64,000 bases of DNA from Eledone cirrhosa. Taxonomy: Eukaryota. The stretch covers positions 31,558,001 to 31,622,000 of the forward strand of contig OZ024751.1 in assembly GCA_964016885.1 (NCBI GenBank), in the 5' to 3' direction. Made by a program: the position numbers and the translations under genes. Below the pieces are notes generated by a model, which was not told the DNA's origin, ran no database searches, and worked only from the letters and a program-made list of their open reading frames with translations. Below, in pieces: positions 25,215 through 39,657 of this stretch (within the stretch, counting starts at the first letter, position 1; each line of letters starts with the position of its first letter).

Positions 25215-28200
25215 ATAAGACTTATCCAAGATATCACTGACATGGTATAACTTGGATACAATGCTAGGGTATATACCAATTACCCAAGATACTACTGACA
25301 TGGTATGACTTGGATACAATGCTAGGGTATATACCAATTACCCAAGATATCACTGACATGGTATGACTTGGATACAATGCTAGGGTATATACCAATTACC
25401 CAAGATATCACTGACAAGGAATGACTTGGATACAACGCTAGGGTATATACCAATTACCCAAGATATCACTGACATGGTATGACTTGGATACAATGCTAGG
25501 GTATATACCAATTATCCAAGATATCACTGACATGGTATGACTTGGATACAACGCTAGGGTATATACCAATTACCCAAGATATCACTGACAAGGTATGACT
25601 TGGATACAATGCTAGGGTATATACCAATTACCCAAGATATCACTGACATGGTATGACTTGGATACAACGCTAGGGTATATACCAATTACCCAAGATATCA
25701 CTGACATGGTATGACTTGGATACAATGCTAGGGTATATACCAATTACCCAAGATATCACTGACATGGTATGACTTGGATACAATGCTAGGGTATATACCA
25801 ATTACCCAAGATATCACTGACAAGGTATGACTTGGATACAATGCTAGGGTATATACCAATTACCCAAGATATCACTGACATGGTATGACTTGCATACAAT
25901 GCTAGGGTATATACCAATTACCCAAGATATCACTGACAAGGAATGACTTGGATACAACGCTAGGGTATATACCAATTACCCAAGATATCACTGACATGGT
26001 ATGACTTGGATACAATGCTAGGGTATATACCAATTATCCAAGATATCACTGACATGGTATGACTTGGATACAACGCTAGGGTATATACCAATTACCCAAG
26101 ATATCACTGACAAGGTATGACTTGGATACAATGCTAGGGTATATACCAATTACCCAAGATATCACTGACATGGTATGACTTGGATACAATGCTAGGGTAT
26201 ATACCAATTACCCAAGATATCACTGACAAGGTATGACTTGGATACAATGCTAGGGTATATACCAATTACCCAAGATATCACTGACATGGTATGACTTGCA
26301 TACAATGCTAGGGTATATACCAATTACCCAAGATATCACTGACAAGGTATGACTTGGATACAATGCTAGGGTATATACCAATTACCCAAGATATCACTGA
26401 CAAGGTATGACTTGGATACAATGCTAGGGTATATACCAATTACCCAAGATATCACTGACATGGTATGACTTGGATACAATGCTAGGGTATATACCAATTA
26501 CCCAAGATACTACTGACATGGTATGACTTGGATACAATGCTAGGGTATATACCAATTACCCAAGATATCACTGACAAGGTATGACTTGGATACAACGCTA
26601 GGGTATATACCAATTACCCAAGATACTACTGACATGGTATGACTTGGATACAATGCTAGGGTATATACCAATTACCCAAGATATCACTGACAAGGTATGA
26701 CTTGGATACAACGCTAGGGTATATACCAATTACCCAAGATACTACTGACATGGTATGACTTGGATACAATGCTAGGGTATATACCAATTACCCAAGATAC
26801 TACTGACATGGTATGACTTGCATACAATGCTAGGGTATATACCAATTACCCAAGATACTACTGACAAGGTATCACTTGGATACAATGCTAGGGTATATAC
26901 CAATTACCCAAGATATCACTGACAAGGTATGACTTGGATACAATGCTAGGGTATATACCAATTACCCAAGATACTACTGACAAGGTATGACTTGGATACA
27001 ATGCTAGGGTATATACCAATTACCCAAGATACTACTGACAAGGTATGACTTGGATACAATGCTAGGGTATATACCAATTACCCAAGATACTACTGACAAG
27101 GTATGACTTGGATACAATGCTAGGGTATATACCAATTACCCAAGATACTACTGACATGGTATGACTTGCATACAATGCTAGGGTATATACCAATTACCCA
27201 AGATACTACTGACAAGGTATCACTTGGATACAATGCTAGGGTATATACCAATTACCCAAGATATCACTGACATGGTATGACTTGGATACAATGCTAGGGT
27301 ATATACCAATTACCCAAGATATCACTGACAAGGTATGACTTGGATACAATGCTAGGGTATATACCAATTACCCAAGATACTACTGACAAGGTATGACTTG
27401 GATACAACGCTAGGGTATATACCAATTACCCAAGATATCACTGACAAGGTATGACTTGGATACAATGCTAGGGTATATACCAATTACCCAAGATACTACT
27501 GACAAGGTATGACTTGGATACAATGCTAGGGTATATACCAATTACCCAAGATATCACTGACAAGGTATGACTTGGATACAACGCTAGGGTATATACCAAT
27601 TACCCAAGATATCACTGACATGGTATGACTTGGATACAATGCTAGGGTATATACCAATTACCCAAGATATCACTGACATGGTATGACTTGGATACAATGC
27701 TAGGGTATATACCAATTACCCAAGATACTACTGACAAGGTATGACTTGGATACAATGCTAGGGTATATACCAATTACCCAAGATATCACTGACAAGGTAT
27801 GACTTGGATACAATGCTAGGGTATATACCAATTACCCAAGATATCACTGACAAGGTATGACTTGCATACAACGCTAGGGTATATACCAATTACCCAAGAT
27901 ATCACTGACATGGTATGACTTGCATACAACGCTAGGGTATATACCAATTACCCAAGATATCACTGACATGGTATGACTTGGATACAACGCTAGGGTATAT
28001 ACCAATTACCCAAGATATCACTGACATGGTATGACTTGCATACAACGCTAGGGTATATACCAATTACCCAAGATATCACTGACATGGTATGACTTGCATA
28101 CAACACTAGGGTATATACCAATTACCCAAGATATCACTGACAAGGTATGACTTGCATACAACGCTAGGGTATATACCAATTACCCAAGATATCACTGACA

Positions 28201-31200
28201 AGGTATGACTTGCATACAACGCTAGGGTATATACCAATTACCCAAGATATCACTGACATGGTATGACTTGGATACAATGCTAGGGTATATACCAATTACC
28301 CAAGATATCACTGACAAGGTATGACTTGCATACAATGCTAGGGTATATACCAATTACCCAAGATATCACTGACAAGGTATGACTTGGATACAATGCTAGG
28401 GTATATACCAATTACCCAAGATATCACTGACATGGTATGACTTGCATACAATGCTAGGGTATATACCAATTACCCAAGATATCACTGACAAGGTATGACT
28501 TGGATACAATGCTAGGGTATATACCAATTACCCAAGATATCACTGACATGGTATGACTTGGATACAACGCTAGGGTATATACCAATTACCCAAGATACTA
28601 CTGACATGGTATGACTTGGATACAATGCTAGGGTATATACCAATTACCCAAGATATCACTGACAAGGAATGACTTGGATACAATGCTAGGGTATATACCA
28701 ATTACCCAAGATATCACTGACAAGGAATGACTTGGATACAATGCTAGGGTATATACCAATTACCCAAGATATCACTGATATGGTATGACTTGCATACAAC
28801 GCTAGGGTATATACCAATTACCCAAGATATCACTGACATGGTATGACTTGCATACAACGCTAGGGTATATACCAATTACCCAAGATATCACTGACATGGT
28901 ATGACTTGCATACAACGCTAGGGTATATACCAATTACCCAAGATATCACTGACATGGTATGACTTGCATACAACGCTAGGGTATATACCAATTACCCAAG
29001 ATATCACTGACAAGGTATGACTTGCATACAACGCTAGGGTATATACCAATTACCCAAGATATCACTGACAAGGTATGACTTGCATACAACGCTAGGGTAT
29101 ATACCAATTACCCAAGATATCACTGACATGGTATGACTTGGATACAATGCTAGGGTATATACCAATTACCCAAGATATCACTGACAAGGTATGACTTGCA
29201 TACAATGCTAGGGTATATACCAATTACCCAAGATATCACTGACAAGGTATGACTTGGATACAATGCTAGGGTATATACCAATTACCCAAGATATCACTGA
29301 CATGGTATGACTTGCATACAATGCTAGGGTATATACCAATTACCCAAGATATCACTGACAAGGTATGACTTGGATACAATGCTAGGGTATATACCAATTA
29401 CCCAAGATATCACTGACATGGTATGACTTGGATACAACGCTAGGGTATATACCAATTACCCAAGATACTACTGACATGGTATGACTTGGATACAATGCTA
29501 GGGTATATATCAATTACCCAAGATATCACTGACAAGGAATGACTTGGATACAATGCTAGGGTATATACCAATTACCCAAGATATCACTGACAAGGAATGA
29601 CTTGGATACAATGCTAGGGTATATACCAATTACCCAAGATACTACTGACAAGGTATGACTTGGATACAATGCTAGGGTATATACCAATTACCCAAGATAC
29701 TACTGACAAGGTATCACTTGGATACAATGCTAGTGTATATACCAATTACCCAAGATATCACTGACAAGGTATGACTTGGATACAACGCTAGGGTATATAC
29801 CAATTACCCAAGATATCACTGACAAGGAATGACTTGGATACAATGCTAGGGTATATACCAATTACCCAAGATATCACTGACAAGGAATGACTTGGATACA
29901 ATGCTAGGGTATATACCAATTACCCAAGATATCACTGACAAGGTATGACTTGGATACAATGCTAGGGTATATACCAATTACCCAAGATATCACTGACAAG
30001 GTATGACTTGGATACAATGCTAGGGTATATACCAATTACCCAAGATATCACTGACAAGGTATGACTTGGATACAATGCTAGGGTATATACCAATTACCCA
30101 AGATATCACTGACATGGTATGACTTGGATACAATGCTAGGGTATATACCAATTACCCAAGATATCACTGACAAGGTATGACTTGGATACAATGCTAGGGT
30201 ATATACCAATTACCCAAGATATCACTGACATGGTATAACTTGGATACAATGCTAGGGTATATACCAATTACCCAAGATATCACTGACATGGTATGACTTG
30301 GATACAATGCTAGGGTATATACCAATTACCCAAGATATCACTGACAAGGTATGACTTGCATACAATGCTAGGGTATATACCAATTACCCAAGATATCACT
30401 GACATGGTATGACTTGCATACAATGCTAGGGTATATACCAATTACCCAAGATATCACTGACATGGTATAACTTGGATACAATGCTAGGGTATATACCAAT
30501 TACCCAAGATATCACTGACATGGTATGACTTGCATACAATGCTAGGGTATATACCAATTACCCAAGATATCACTGACATGGTATAACTTGGATACAATGC
30601 TAGGGTATATACCAATTACCCAAGATATCACTGACATGGTATGACTTGGATACAATGCTAGGGTATATACCAATTACCCAAGATATCACTGACAAGGTAT
30701 GACTTGGATACAATGCTAGGGTATATACCAATTACCCAAGATATCACTGACAAGTTATGACTTGGATACAACGCTAGGGTATATACCAATTACCCAAGAT
30801 ATCACTGACAAGTTATGACTTGGATACAACGCTAGGGTATATACCAATTACCCAAGATATCACTGACAAGTTATGACTTGGATACAACGCTAGGGTATAT
30901 ACCAATTACCCAAGATATCACTGACAAGTTATGACTTGGATACAACGCTAGGGTATATACCAATTACCCAAGATATCACTGACAAGGTATGACTTGGATA
31001 CAATGCTAGGGTATATACCAATTACCCAAGATATCACTGACAAGGTATGACTTGGATACAATGCTAGGGTATATACCAATTACCCAAGATATCACTGACA
31101 AGGTATGACTTGGATACAATGCTAGGGTATATACCAATTACCCAAGATATCACTGACAAGGTATGACTTGGATACAATGCTAGGGTATATACCAATTACC

Positions 31201-32612
31201 CAAGATATCACTGACATGGTATGACTTGGATACAATGCTAGGGTATATACCAATTACCCAAGATATCACTGACAAGGTATGACTTGGATACAATGCTAGG
31301 GTATATACCAATTACCCAAGATATCACTGACATGGTATGACTTGGATACAATGCTAGGGTATATACCAATTACCCAAGATATCACTGACAAGGTATGACT
31401 TGGATACAATGCTAGGGTATATACCAATTACCCAAGATATCACTGACATGGTATGACTTGGATACAATGCTAGGGTATATACCAATTACCCAAGATATCA
31501 CTGACAAGGTATGACTTGGATACAATGCTAGGGTATATACCAATTACCCAAGATATCACTGACAAGTTATGACTTGGATACAATGCTAGGGTATATACCA
31601 ATTACCCAAGATATCACTGACAAGTTATGACTTGGATACAACGCTAGGGTATATACCAATTACCCAAGATATCACTGACAAGTTATGACTTGGATACAAC
31701 GCTAGGGTATATACCAATTACCCAAGATATCACTGACAAGTTATGACTTGGATACAACGCTAGGGTATATACCAATTACCCAAGATATCACTGACAAGGT
31801 ATGACTTGGATACAATGCTAGGGTATATACCAATTACCCAAGATATCACTGACAAGGTATGACTTGGATACAATGCTAGGGTATATACCAATTACCCAAG
31901 ATATCACTGACAAGGTATGACTTGGATACAATGCTAGGGTATATACCAATTACCCAAGATATCACTGACAAGGTATGACTTGGATACAATGCTAGGGTAT
32001 ATACCAATTACCCAAGATATCACTGACATGGTATGACTTGGATACAATGCTAGGGTATATACCAATTACCCAAGATATCACTGACAAGGTATGACTTGGA
32101 TACAATGCTAGGGTATATACCAATTACCCAAGATATCACTGACATGGTATGACTTGGATACAATGCTAGGGTATATACCAATTACCCAAGATATCACTGA
32201 CAAGGTATGACTTGGATACAATGCTAGGGTATATACCAATTACCCAAGATATCACTGACATGGTATGACTTGGATACAATGCTAGGGTATATACCAATTA
32301 CCCAAGATATCACTGACAAGGTATGACTTGGATACAATGCTAGGGTATATACCAATTACCCAAGATATCACTGACATGGTATGACTTGGATACAATGCTA
32401 GGGTATATACCAATTACCCAAGATATCACTGACAAGGTATGACTTGGATACAATGCTAGGGTATATACCAATTACCCAAGATATCACTGACATGGTATGA
32501 CTTGGATACAATGCTAGGGTATATACCAATTACCCAAGATATCACTGACATGGTATGACTTGCATACAATGCTAGGGTATATACCAATTACCCAAGATAT
32601 CACTGACATGGT
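25215..32612. repeat. 58-bp tandem satellite, ~125 copies, 7.4 kb (intronic)
   Basis: Unit CCAATTACCCAAGATATCACTGACA(T/A)GGTATGACTTGGATACAA(T/C)GCTAGGGTATATA, with a handful of recurring variant positions. Confidence 0.98.
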
Positions 32613-32628
32613 AATACTAATACTAATA

Positions 32629-32686
32629 CAACGAAATACTAATACGCCAGGTTACAAGTGTAACCTGGCGTATTAGTATTTCGTTG
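32629..32686. repeat. Perfect 28-bp-arm hairpin at the satellite/PLE junction
   Basis: CAACGAAATACTAATACGCCAGGTTACA-AG-TGTAACCTGGCGTATTAGTATTTCGTTG. Confidence 0.9.
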
Positions 32687-34105
32687 CGTTCACATAAGTG
32701 CGTACATTCACCTAATCCCGGTATACACACACAACGCACGATTGTGGGCATGCATTCGTGCATATAGGGTTAGTACCTTAGGATAATCGCTCGTCTTGTG
32801 TGGGCCACTCCCGGGGGGAGGGGGGGTCATCAAGTTAAAAAAACGTGGTTTTGCTGACTCCTAACCAGTAGAGGACAATCCACTTGGGGACCACAAACGA
32901 TGGGTGGGTGTTGTTGCCCATTGGTCATTGGTACGGGGTGTAGGGAGCCCTACAGGAGGGGGGGGGAGCCTGCCAATTTCATGTATCTCGCCAGTTCATT
33001 AGAGCTTGCCCAGTATGTGAGGAACTACAGGAGTGAGCCTATGGGGGCGGTGTGTGTGAAAAAGTACGGGGCGGTGCTAGCCTATTATACGGGTGCCGAA
33101 ATTACTACTAAGGGATGGTCGGAGGAGGTAGGGGAGGAAAAGGGCGTTGTGGGAGGCCGTATCCGGGGTTTATCCATATAGTTTGAGGAAAGTTCCTGCC
33201 CTAAGGTGTCTGCAGGTGCCGAATAAGTCGGCCCTTCTGTTTAATAGCTTGGTTCCGCCATGAAGTATCTCGAGTGTCTCACTAAGACAGAGATTGCAAA
33301 TACCAGACCCACCTCTGTCCGGAAGAACCTTTCTAACCACGGACCAGACCAAAGAGTGTGGGGTCCCTTCAAGTTTGAGCTTCCAGATCAATTCAGAAAG
33401 GGCCGTACATTACCTCTTTTCTATTCTGTTAAAGAAGTGGCGATGGTTATACCACCTATCTTTGAAGCTCGTCGCCGTGGATCCTATGTAGTGGTGCTCC
33501 GAGTTAGGGGTTGTGACCCTGCACCTGTAGACTATGTTTTTCGTCATGCATTCATTACTAAGGGAGCATAGTGATGGGTTTCTGCAATTGCATGACTTTT
33601 TAAGCCCCTGCACATGTACCGTGGGGTTACCATCAGGTGGGATTGGCTGGGTAGCCGCCGCATTCAGCACAGGGTCGTTGGATTGCGCTGTGCTAGTTGG
33701 GCTTGTCCGGGGTCTGGTCTGTCCCGTGTGCTGGGTGGCTCCGGGGTTTACGGTGGTATTAGGGGCAGTGAGCCTACTCCTATTTATGTCGGCTATGTGC
33801 TGGGCTATGGAGCATGCGGTTGAGTAGGATAGTTTTACCGTGTACCTGTTGAATATTTTATGGTACCTGTAGGCCCTAGGGAAACATTTATCTAGTACTC
33901 TAAAGAATGTTCTAGCCAGGCTGGTACGTAGACCCACCGAGTATGGGGGGTTATACCATGTGACCTTCCTGGTCCTATTCCTGCGGGGCAGTTGGGTGTC
34001 CGGCGTTGTCCATCGTGGGGTTGTGCACAGCTCAGGTCGAGCTCGGTTGGAGTTACTCATTTTGCAGAGCGGGTACCAATCGTTGTTCGGTCACTATCAA
34101 GAGGG
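32687..34105 (-). mobile_element. Penelope-like element 3' portion (GIY-YIG endonuclease with Cys-rich linker, Neptune-like)
   Basis: ORFs 33410-34060 and 33170-33391 give RKVTWYNPPYS, KIFNRYTVKLSYS, CNCRNPSLCSLSNEC, IVYRC..YIGST..FKDRWYNH and CNLCLSE..LLNRR..CRH. Confidence 0.9.
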
Positions 34106-34106
34106 T

Positions 34107-34140
<34 letters not shown>

Positions 34141-34141
34141 A

Positions 34142-34243
<102 letters not shown>

Positions 34244-34639
34244 CATTAAGGCAGACATCAATCTGTAGTAACCAAGCCAAAATACAGATCCAAGACGTGC
34301 TCTCTGAAGTTGACTTCTATCACAAAATGACAACCCATCTAACCTATGCAAGTGTGGAAAAGTAGACATTGAATAATGGTGGTGGTGGTGATGATGATGA
34401 TAATACACACACAAAAATATATATACATATAGATATATATGTATAACTTTTTAATTTGTTTTGCAAGATTTCTTATCTGAAAACATGTGTTGAAACGGAT
34501 ATTGTTATACTAAGTGTTTCTATTGGCAGTATGATATTCCCAAAGGATAACGATATATACATATATATGTGTGTGTGTGTGAAATAAAAAAAATATGGGT
34601 GTATGTTGTTAAATCCATTATACATTTTCTTTTCCACAG

Positions 34640-34796
34640 ACAAATACCTGACTGTACGGTTTGTAACTGTGAACAGCAGTCTAGTATGTTATCCTTAGTC
34701 TATGAAGAAATCAACTCAGGTGTTATTGACTATTTAGTTGGCTTGTTCCCTGCACCTCAATGCTGCAAGTGTTTACGAATAGACAACGCTAACTGA
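34640..34796 (+). CDS. Spaetzle-like cystine-knot gene, terminal exon 5
   Basis: Acceptor TTTTCTTTTCCACAG; reads (V)QIPDCTVCNCEQQSSMLSLVYEEINSGVIDYLVGLFPAPQCCKCLRIDNAN then TGA; phase matches exon 4. Confidence 0.88.
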
Positions 34797-34826
34797 TACA
34801 TGAATTATACTTGAAATCAACTTTTC

Positions 34827-34832
34827 AATAAA
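34827..34832 (+). promoter_or_regulatory. Candidate polyadenylation signal
   Basis: AATAAA 30 nt after the stop codon of exon 5, followed by a T-rich tract. Confidence 0.5.
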
Positions 34833-35979
34833 AGCAAAGAACTATTTCCATCTTCCATGTCTTTGACTCTTTCCTTCTCTTTCACTATATATATGTATAT
34901 CTGTGCTCTCCCTCTCTCTCTATATATAGATGTGTTTATGTATATATCTATGCTCTCCTATATATATAACAAAGAAGGCATGGTGGACCATAACTCACCA
35001 GAGTACTCAGTTTGGATCTAGCTGTCGAAATGGCCGGAGCTCAGCCGTCGGGGTCCTGACTCTTTTCCTATATATATAAACATATATATATATATAAAAA
35101 TAAGCGGAACAAGTAATCATCAAACAATCTTTTAAATAAATTAAAAAACGATTTAAATATTCACCTGTTCTATTGCTGTTATCGACGGTTTCACTTAGTT
35201 CTGGTATCTCAAATTAGTACCATCGAACCACAACTATTATATATATATATATGTTTATCCCGGGTTCAAGCAGGGGTAGCCACAGTAAGTAAAGTACTCA
35301 ATACGTAGTCATTTCTATATATATATATATTTAACGAAGGGTATTTTTAAGATATTGTTATAATCATTCTAACAAGATTGTTAGATGAGGTAACATGAAT
35401 AATAAGAATAAATGATTTTAGTTTATATATGGTTTACTTCACGTGAAACTATTAAAAAGTACAATAAAACAGTTACCAAGAGTTGCGACGGTTGACAATG
35501 TTATTTTGAGCGATGAGATAAAGTTTGTTGCAGTCATCATAGTAGTTTTCGTCGTGAGTCTGAGACCATAGTGAGTGAGAGATAGTAATGGTCTGTAATT
35601 GATTATAGACCACTGTGGCTTGTAGATAGCGGAATATCTTACACATAGCGGGTCTGTAGTAGTAGAGCTCTGATCTCTCTAGACTTGTAGGGTCTGTTGA
35701 TAGCGGTGAATATTTACATAGTTTGTTGTGTATCGTAGAGCTCCGATCTATCTGTCTTTCTGTAGACCACTGGGGTCTGTTGATAGTGGTGAGTCTTTCA
35801 CATAGCTTGTTCTGTAGTGGGGTGCTCCGATGTCTCTACCTAAAGTCGGATATTACAGGCTTTATATACCTGTCGCTTCCTGTCTCTCACCCTGAACCTG
35901 TTCACACCAAAAGGGTGGTGACCTAGAATTTGACCTTTAGGTGTCCTCCAAGGTTCAAGGCGTGGACAGATCTCGCTAC

Positions 35980-36021
<42 letters not shown>

Positions 36022-36072
36022 ATGTATATATCTATGCTGTCCCTCGCTCTCTCTATATATATGTGTGTAAAT

Positions 36073-38900
36073 ATCATCATCATCATTTTACGTCCGCTTT
36101 TCCCTGCTTGCAAGGGTGGGACAGGTCTTATTCAGCACAGCATCTCTCCACTTCGTCATCTCCACTGTGAGCTTCAGCGATCTGAGGTCTGTTCTCACCA
36201 CCTCCGCTCATGTTTTTCGTGGTCTACCTCTACGTCTTCCTTCAACTGGCATTTCCTGGCACTTCTTCACCCATCGGTCATCCTCCATGCGCATCACATG
36301 TCCATACCACCTCAGTCTCCTTTCCCGTACATTACATTTTATCCCTCTCAGACACAGTTTCTCTCTCAACACATAGATGCTGGGTCATTCACGCACATTG
36401 AGATTGCACATCCAATGGAGCATGCTTGCCTCATTTCTCTCCAGCCGTCGCATATCGTCTGCAGTTGCTGCCCATGTCTCACTACTATGCAGCATCGCGC
36501 TCCTCACACAGGCATCATATAACCAGCCTTTCCTACGCAGGGAGAAACCCTTCTTTGTCAGCAGAGGAAGCAGCTCCCTAAACTTCTTCCAACCCGTCCT
36601 TATTCTAGATACTATGGCCTCGGAACACCCCCCTCCCATGCTAATCTGATCTCCTAGGTACCGGAAGCTATCCACCACTTCTATAGCACCCGCCTGCATT
36701 TGAAAAATGTGTCTATCAATGTGACTTCTACAGTCTAATTTCCCTGTACATCTACTGCATACGTATTTCTTCCTACCTATTAGTTTGCCTGCTATCCCAC
36801 TACATCTTTTGTGTACCCAGGATCTGCATTGTGTGCATTTTATAGAATTTATGCCAGTTCCTTTTCTGCATATCAAACATGGCCATTTCCCTGGTGGAAT
36901 CAGAGTTTTGTCCTCTTTTCTACTCATCAACACTTTTGTCTTAGCTAGGTTCACTCTAAGTCCTCTTGCTTCCAACTGCTGTTTCCATAGCCAGAATTTA
37001 TTCTCTAGCTCCTCTACTGATTCTGCTATAAGAACCAGGTTGTCAGCATAGAGAAGTTCCCATGGACAGCCAGTCTTAAACTCCTCTGTTATGGCTTGGA
37101 GGACTATAATGAACAAGAGCGGACTGAGGACTGAACCTTGATGTACTCCTACTTGTATCTGGAATTCCTCACTAAACTCCATTCCTACCCTGACTTTACT
37201 GACAGCACTTCTGTACAAAGTTTGCACTGTCCTCACAAGCCATTCCTCAACACCTAGTTTCCTTAGGGACCACCAGATGATAGATCGAGGTACCCTATCA
37301 AAGGCCTTTATAATTGCTCCTCTCCAGAGCATCCCCTTTACCTTTGTAGCAATTTATGAGAATACTGCTGCACCAGTCTTTGGGTATGACACCACCATAT
37401 ATAGCCTGATTGATGATGCGTGCAACCAGTTTAGTGCCTACGTCCCCTGATGCCTTCAGCATCTCAGCAACTATCCCCGATGGTCCAGCAGCCTTACCAT
37501 TTTTCATTTCCTTAATCGCCTCTTGGACCCTATATTCGTCAATCTCAATAGCTGGTCCCTCTGTCGGATCTACTGAGGGTAATTTCTCTCTCTCTCATTC
37601 GTTCTCCACATTCATCAGTCTCTCATAATGACATTTCCAGGCCTCCTTTTTCTGATCATTCGTGACACTAAGTACACTGGCATCATTCCAGATACATTTA
37701 TCTCCAACATCTTGATTTGCATTGACACACTGCCTTGCAATGTGGAACACCACACGCCTCTGATCTTCCCGTCGCAGAACATTGGCAAACCTCCTACTCT
37801 CAGCCTCCCTGCATGCTAAGTACACCTGACGTCTAGCTTCTCTCTTAGCAGCTGTATATCCTTCTCTACTCCCACCCTTTTTCCAAGCCTTCCATGCTAG
37901 TCTTTTGTCTCTAATGGCCCTATCTACTGTGCTGTTCCACCACCAGGTCACTCTCTGTCTGGTTGGCTCCAGCCACAAGTTTCATCAGTAGCCTGCAGTA
38001 AGTTGTCACGTAAGAAATTCCAGTTATTATCTGTCATATGACTCTCTCTAAATCTTCTTTTTTGTCATACACATCTTGAAGGGCTTTCCTAAATTTGTAT
38101 TTTAGTGAAAGGTCTTTTAGCTTCCAGACCTTTCTTCTCCACACCGTCCTGTATGTCTCATTCCATCTCTTGCTTACTGAGATATCACTAACGACTAACC
38201 TATGCTGTGGGGTACATTCTTCCCCAGGGTATGCCTTGGTATTTGACACCATCTGCCTGTCCCGTTGCCTAACTAGTAAGAAGTCAATCTGGCTTATGTG
38301 CTCGCCTGATTTGTAGGTTATTAGGTGGTTGGCAGGTTTCTGGAAGTTAGTGTTGCAAATAGTCAGGGTACTTGCATCACAAAATTCAAGAAGCCTCACC
38401 CCCTCTTCATTTCTTGAGCCGTAACCGTGCTGACCTTGTACCCCAGTGTAACCATCCTGGAGCTGTCCAACATGACCATTGAAATCCCCTGCTAGCATAA
38501 CAATGTCTCCGTCCTCTGTCATTGCGGTTGTTTGTAAAAGTTGCTCGTAAAAGCAGTATTTCTCTTCTTTACCTAGGCCTGCTTGGGGAGCATAGGCAGA
38601 GATGATTGTCAGTAGTCTCCTGCCTACAACTAATCTAAGCTTAATTATTTGATTATTAACTCGAACTACCTCTATTGTCTTATTGATCCATTTCTCAGCC
38701 AGGAAAATGCCCACCCCACCTAACCCTTCATCATTACCCACCCAGAAAAGCTTATAACTAAGATGTTTGCCTGCGATTAGTCTCGCAGAGGCACCTCTCC
38801 ATCTCACCTCTTACACGCAGCACTCATCTACATGCCTTCTCTCCAACACCTCCGCTATTTCACCAGATCTACCTGTGAGAGTGTCAACATTAAGTGTTTA
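36073..38900 (-). mobile_element. Near full-length RTE LINE, degraded (internal deletion in RT)
   Basis: ORFs 38034-38807 (endonuclease), 37595-37978, 37298-37507 and 36385-37332 (RT, YADN, Cys finger); (ATG)n tail at 36073. Confidence 0.93.
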
Positions 38901-39657
38901 GACTGGAGTGCCAACATTAAGTGTTTAAGACTGGATGCTTTTATTCGTGCCACTAGCACTAGAGAGGATGTCTTACTGGACTCATGGACCCTCTCTACCC
39001 CTCCATTTTACAGTATCGTCATAAAAAAAAAACACCACTTATTAACACTCACGGCACACAAACACTCACTCACACACCAACACTCATGCATACAAACACA
39101 CACGCCACTCACACACCAACACTCATGCATACAAAGACACACATGCCACTCAGACACGCACATACATATATTACCGTCAGTACTGATACAAGATCATGTC
39201 AACTGTTGACTTTTACAGTTCAGTATTTTTATAATAATAATAATTGTTTGCTTTACAGCATAGTGCAATGGCCCTCCACGCCCCAGGCCCAAAACAAGGC
39301 ACCAGCAATGCACTGGGACAATCGCTGCACCGTACCAAGAACAGAATAGTTATTACTATTATTATAGTTGTTTTCTTCTTCTTAAGGCCTGATCGCTGGT
39401 GATGGTGATGGTGGTGGTGGTGGATGGTGTCAGTGATGGTGATGGTGGTGGTGGTGGATGATGTCAGTGATGGTGATGGCAGTTGTTGTTCATTTCACTG
39501 ATGCTGCTGCTGCAGACAATATTGTTGTTGCTGTTGTTGTAGTCGGTGGGTTGAAATTTGGTCGCTTCGCGTGTGTGATATATACACATACATATATATA
39601 TACACACACACACACACATATATATATGTATATATACACATATATATATATATATAT

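Noticed and set aside
25215-32612. CRISPR-like array
   Set aside because: Units are contiguous with no unique spacers, there are no cas genes, and the context is a eukaryotic intron; it is a satellite.
34960-35980. Further hammerheads or an LTR
   Set aside because: Only partial GAAAC motifs and imperfect direct repeats; no complete core, TSD or TG..CA ends could be supported.
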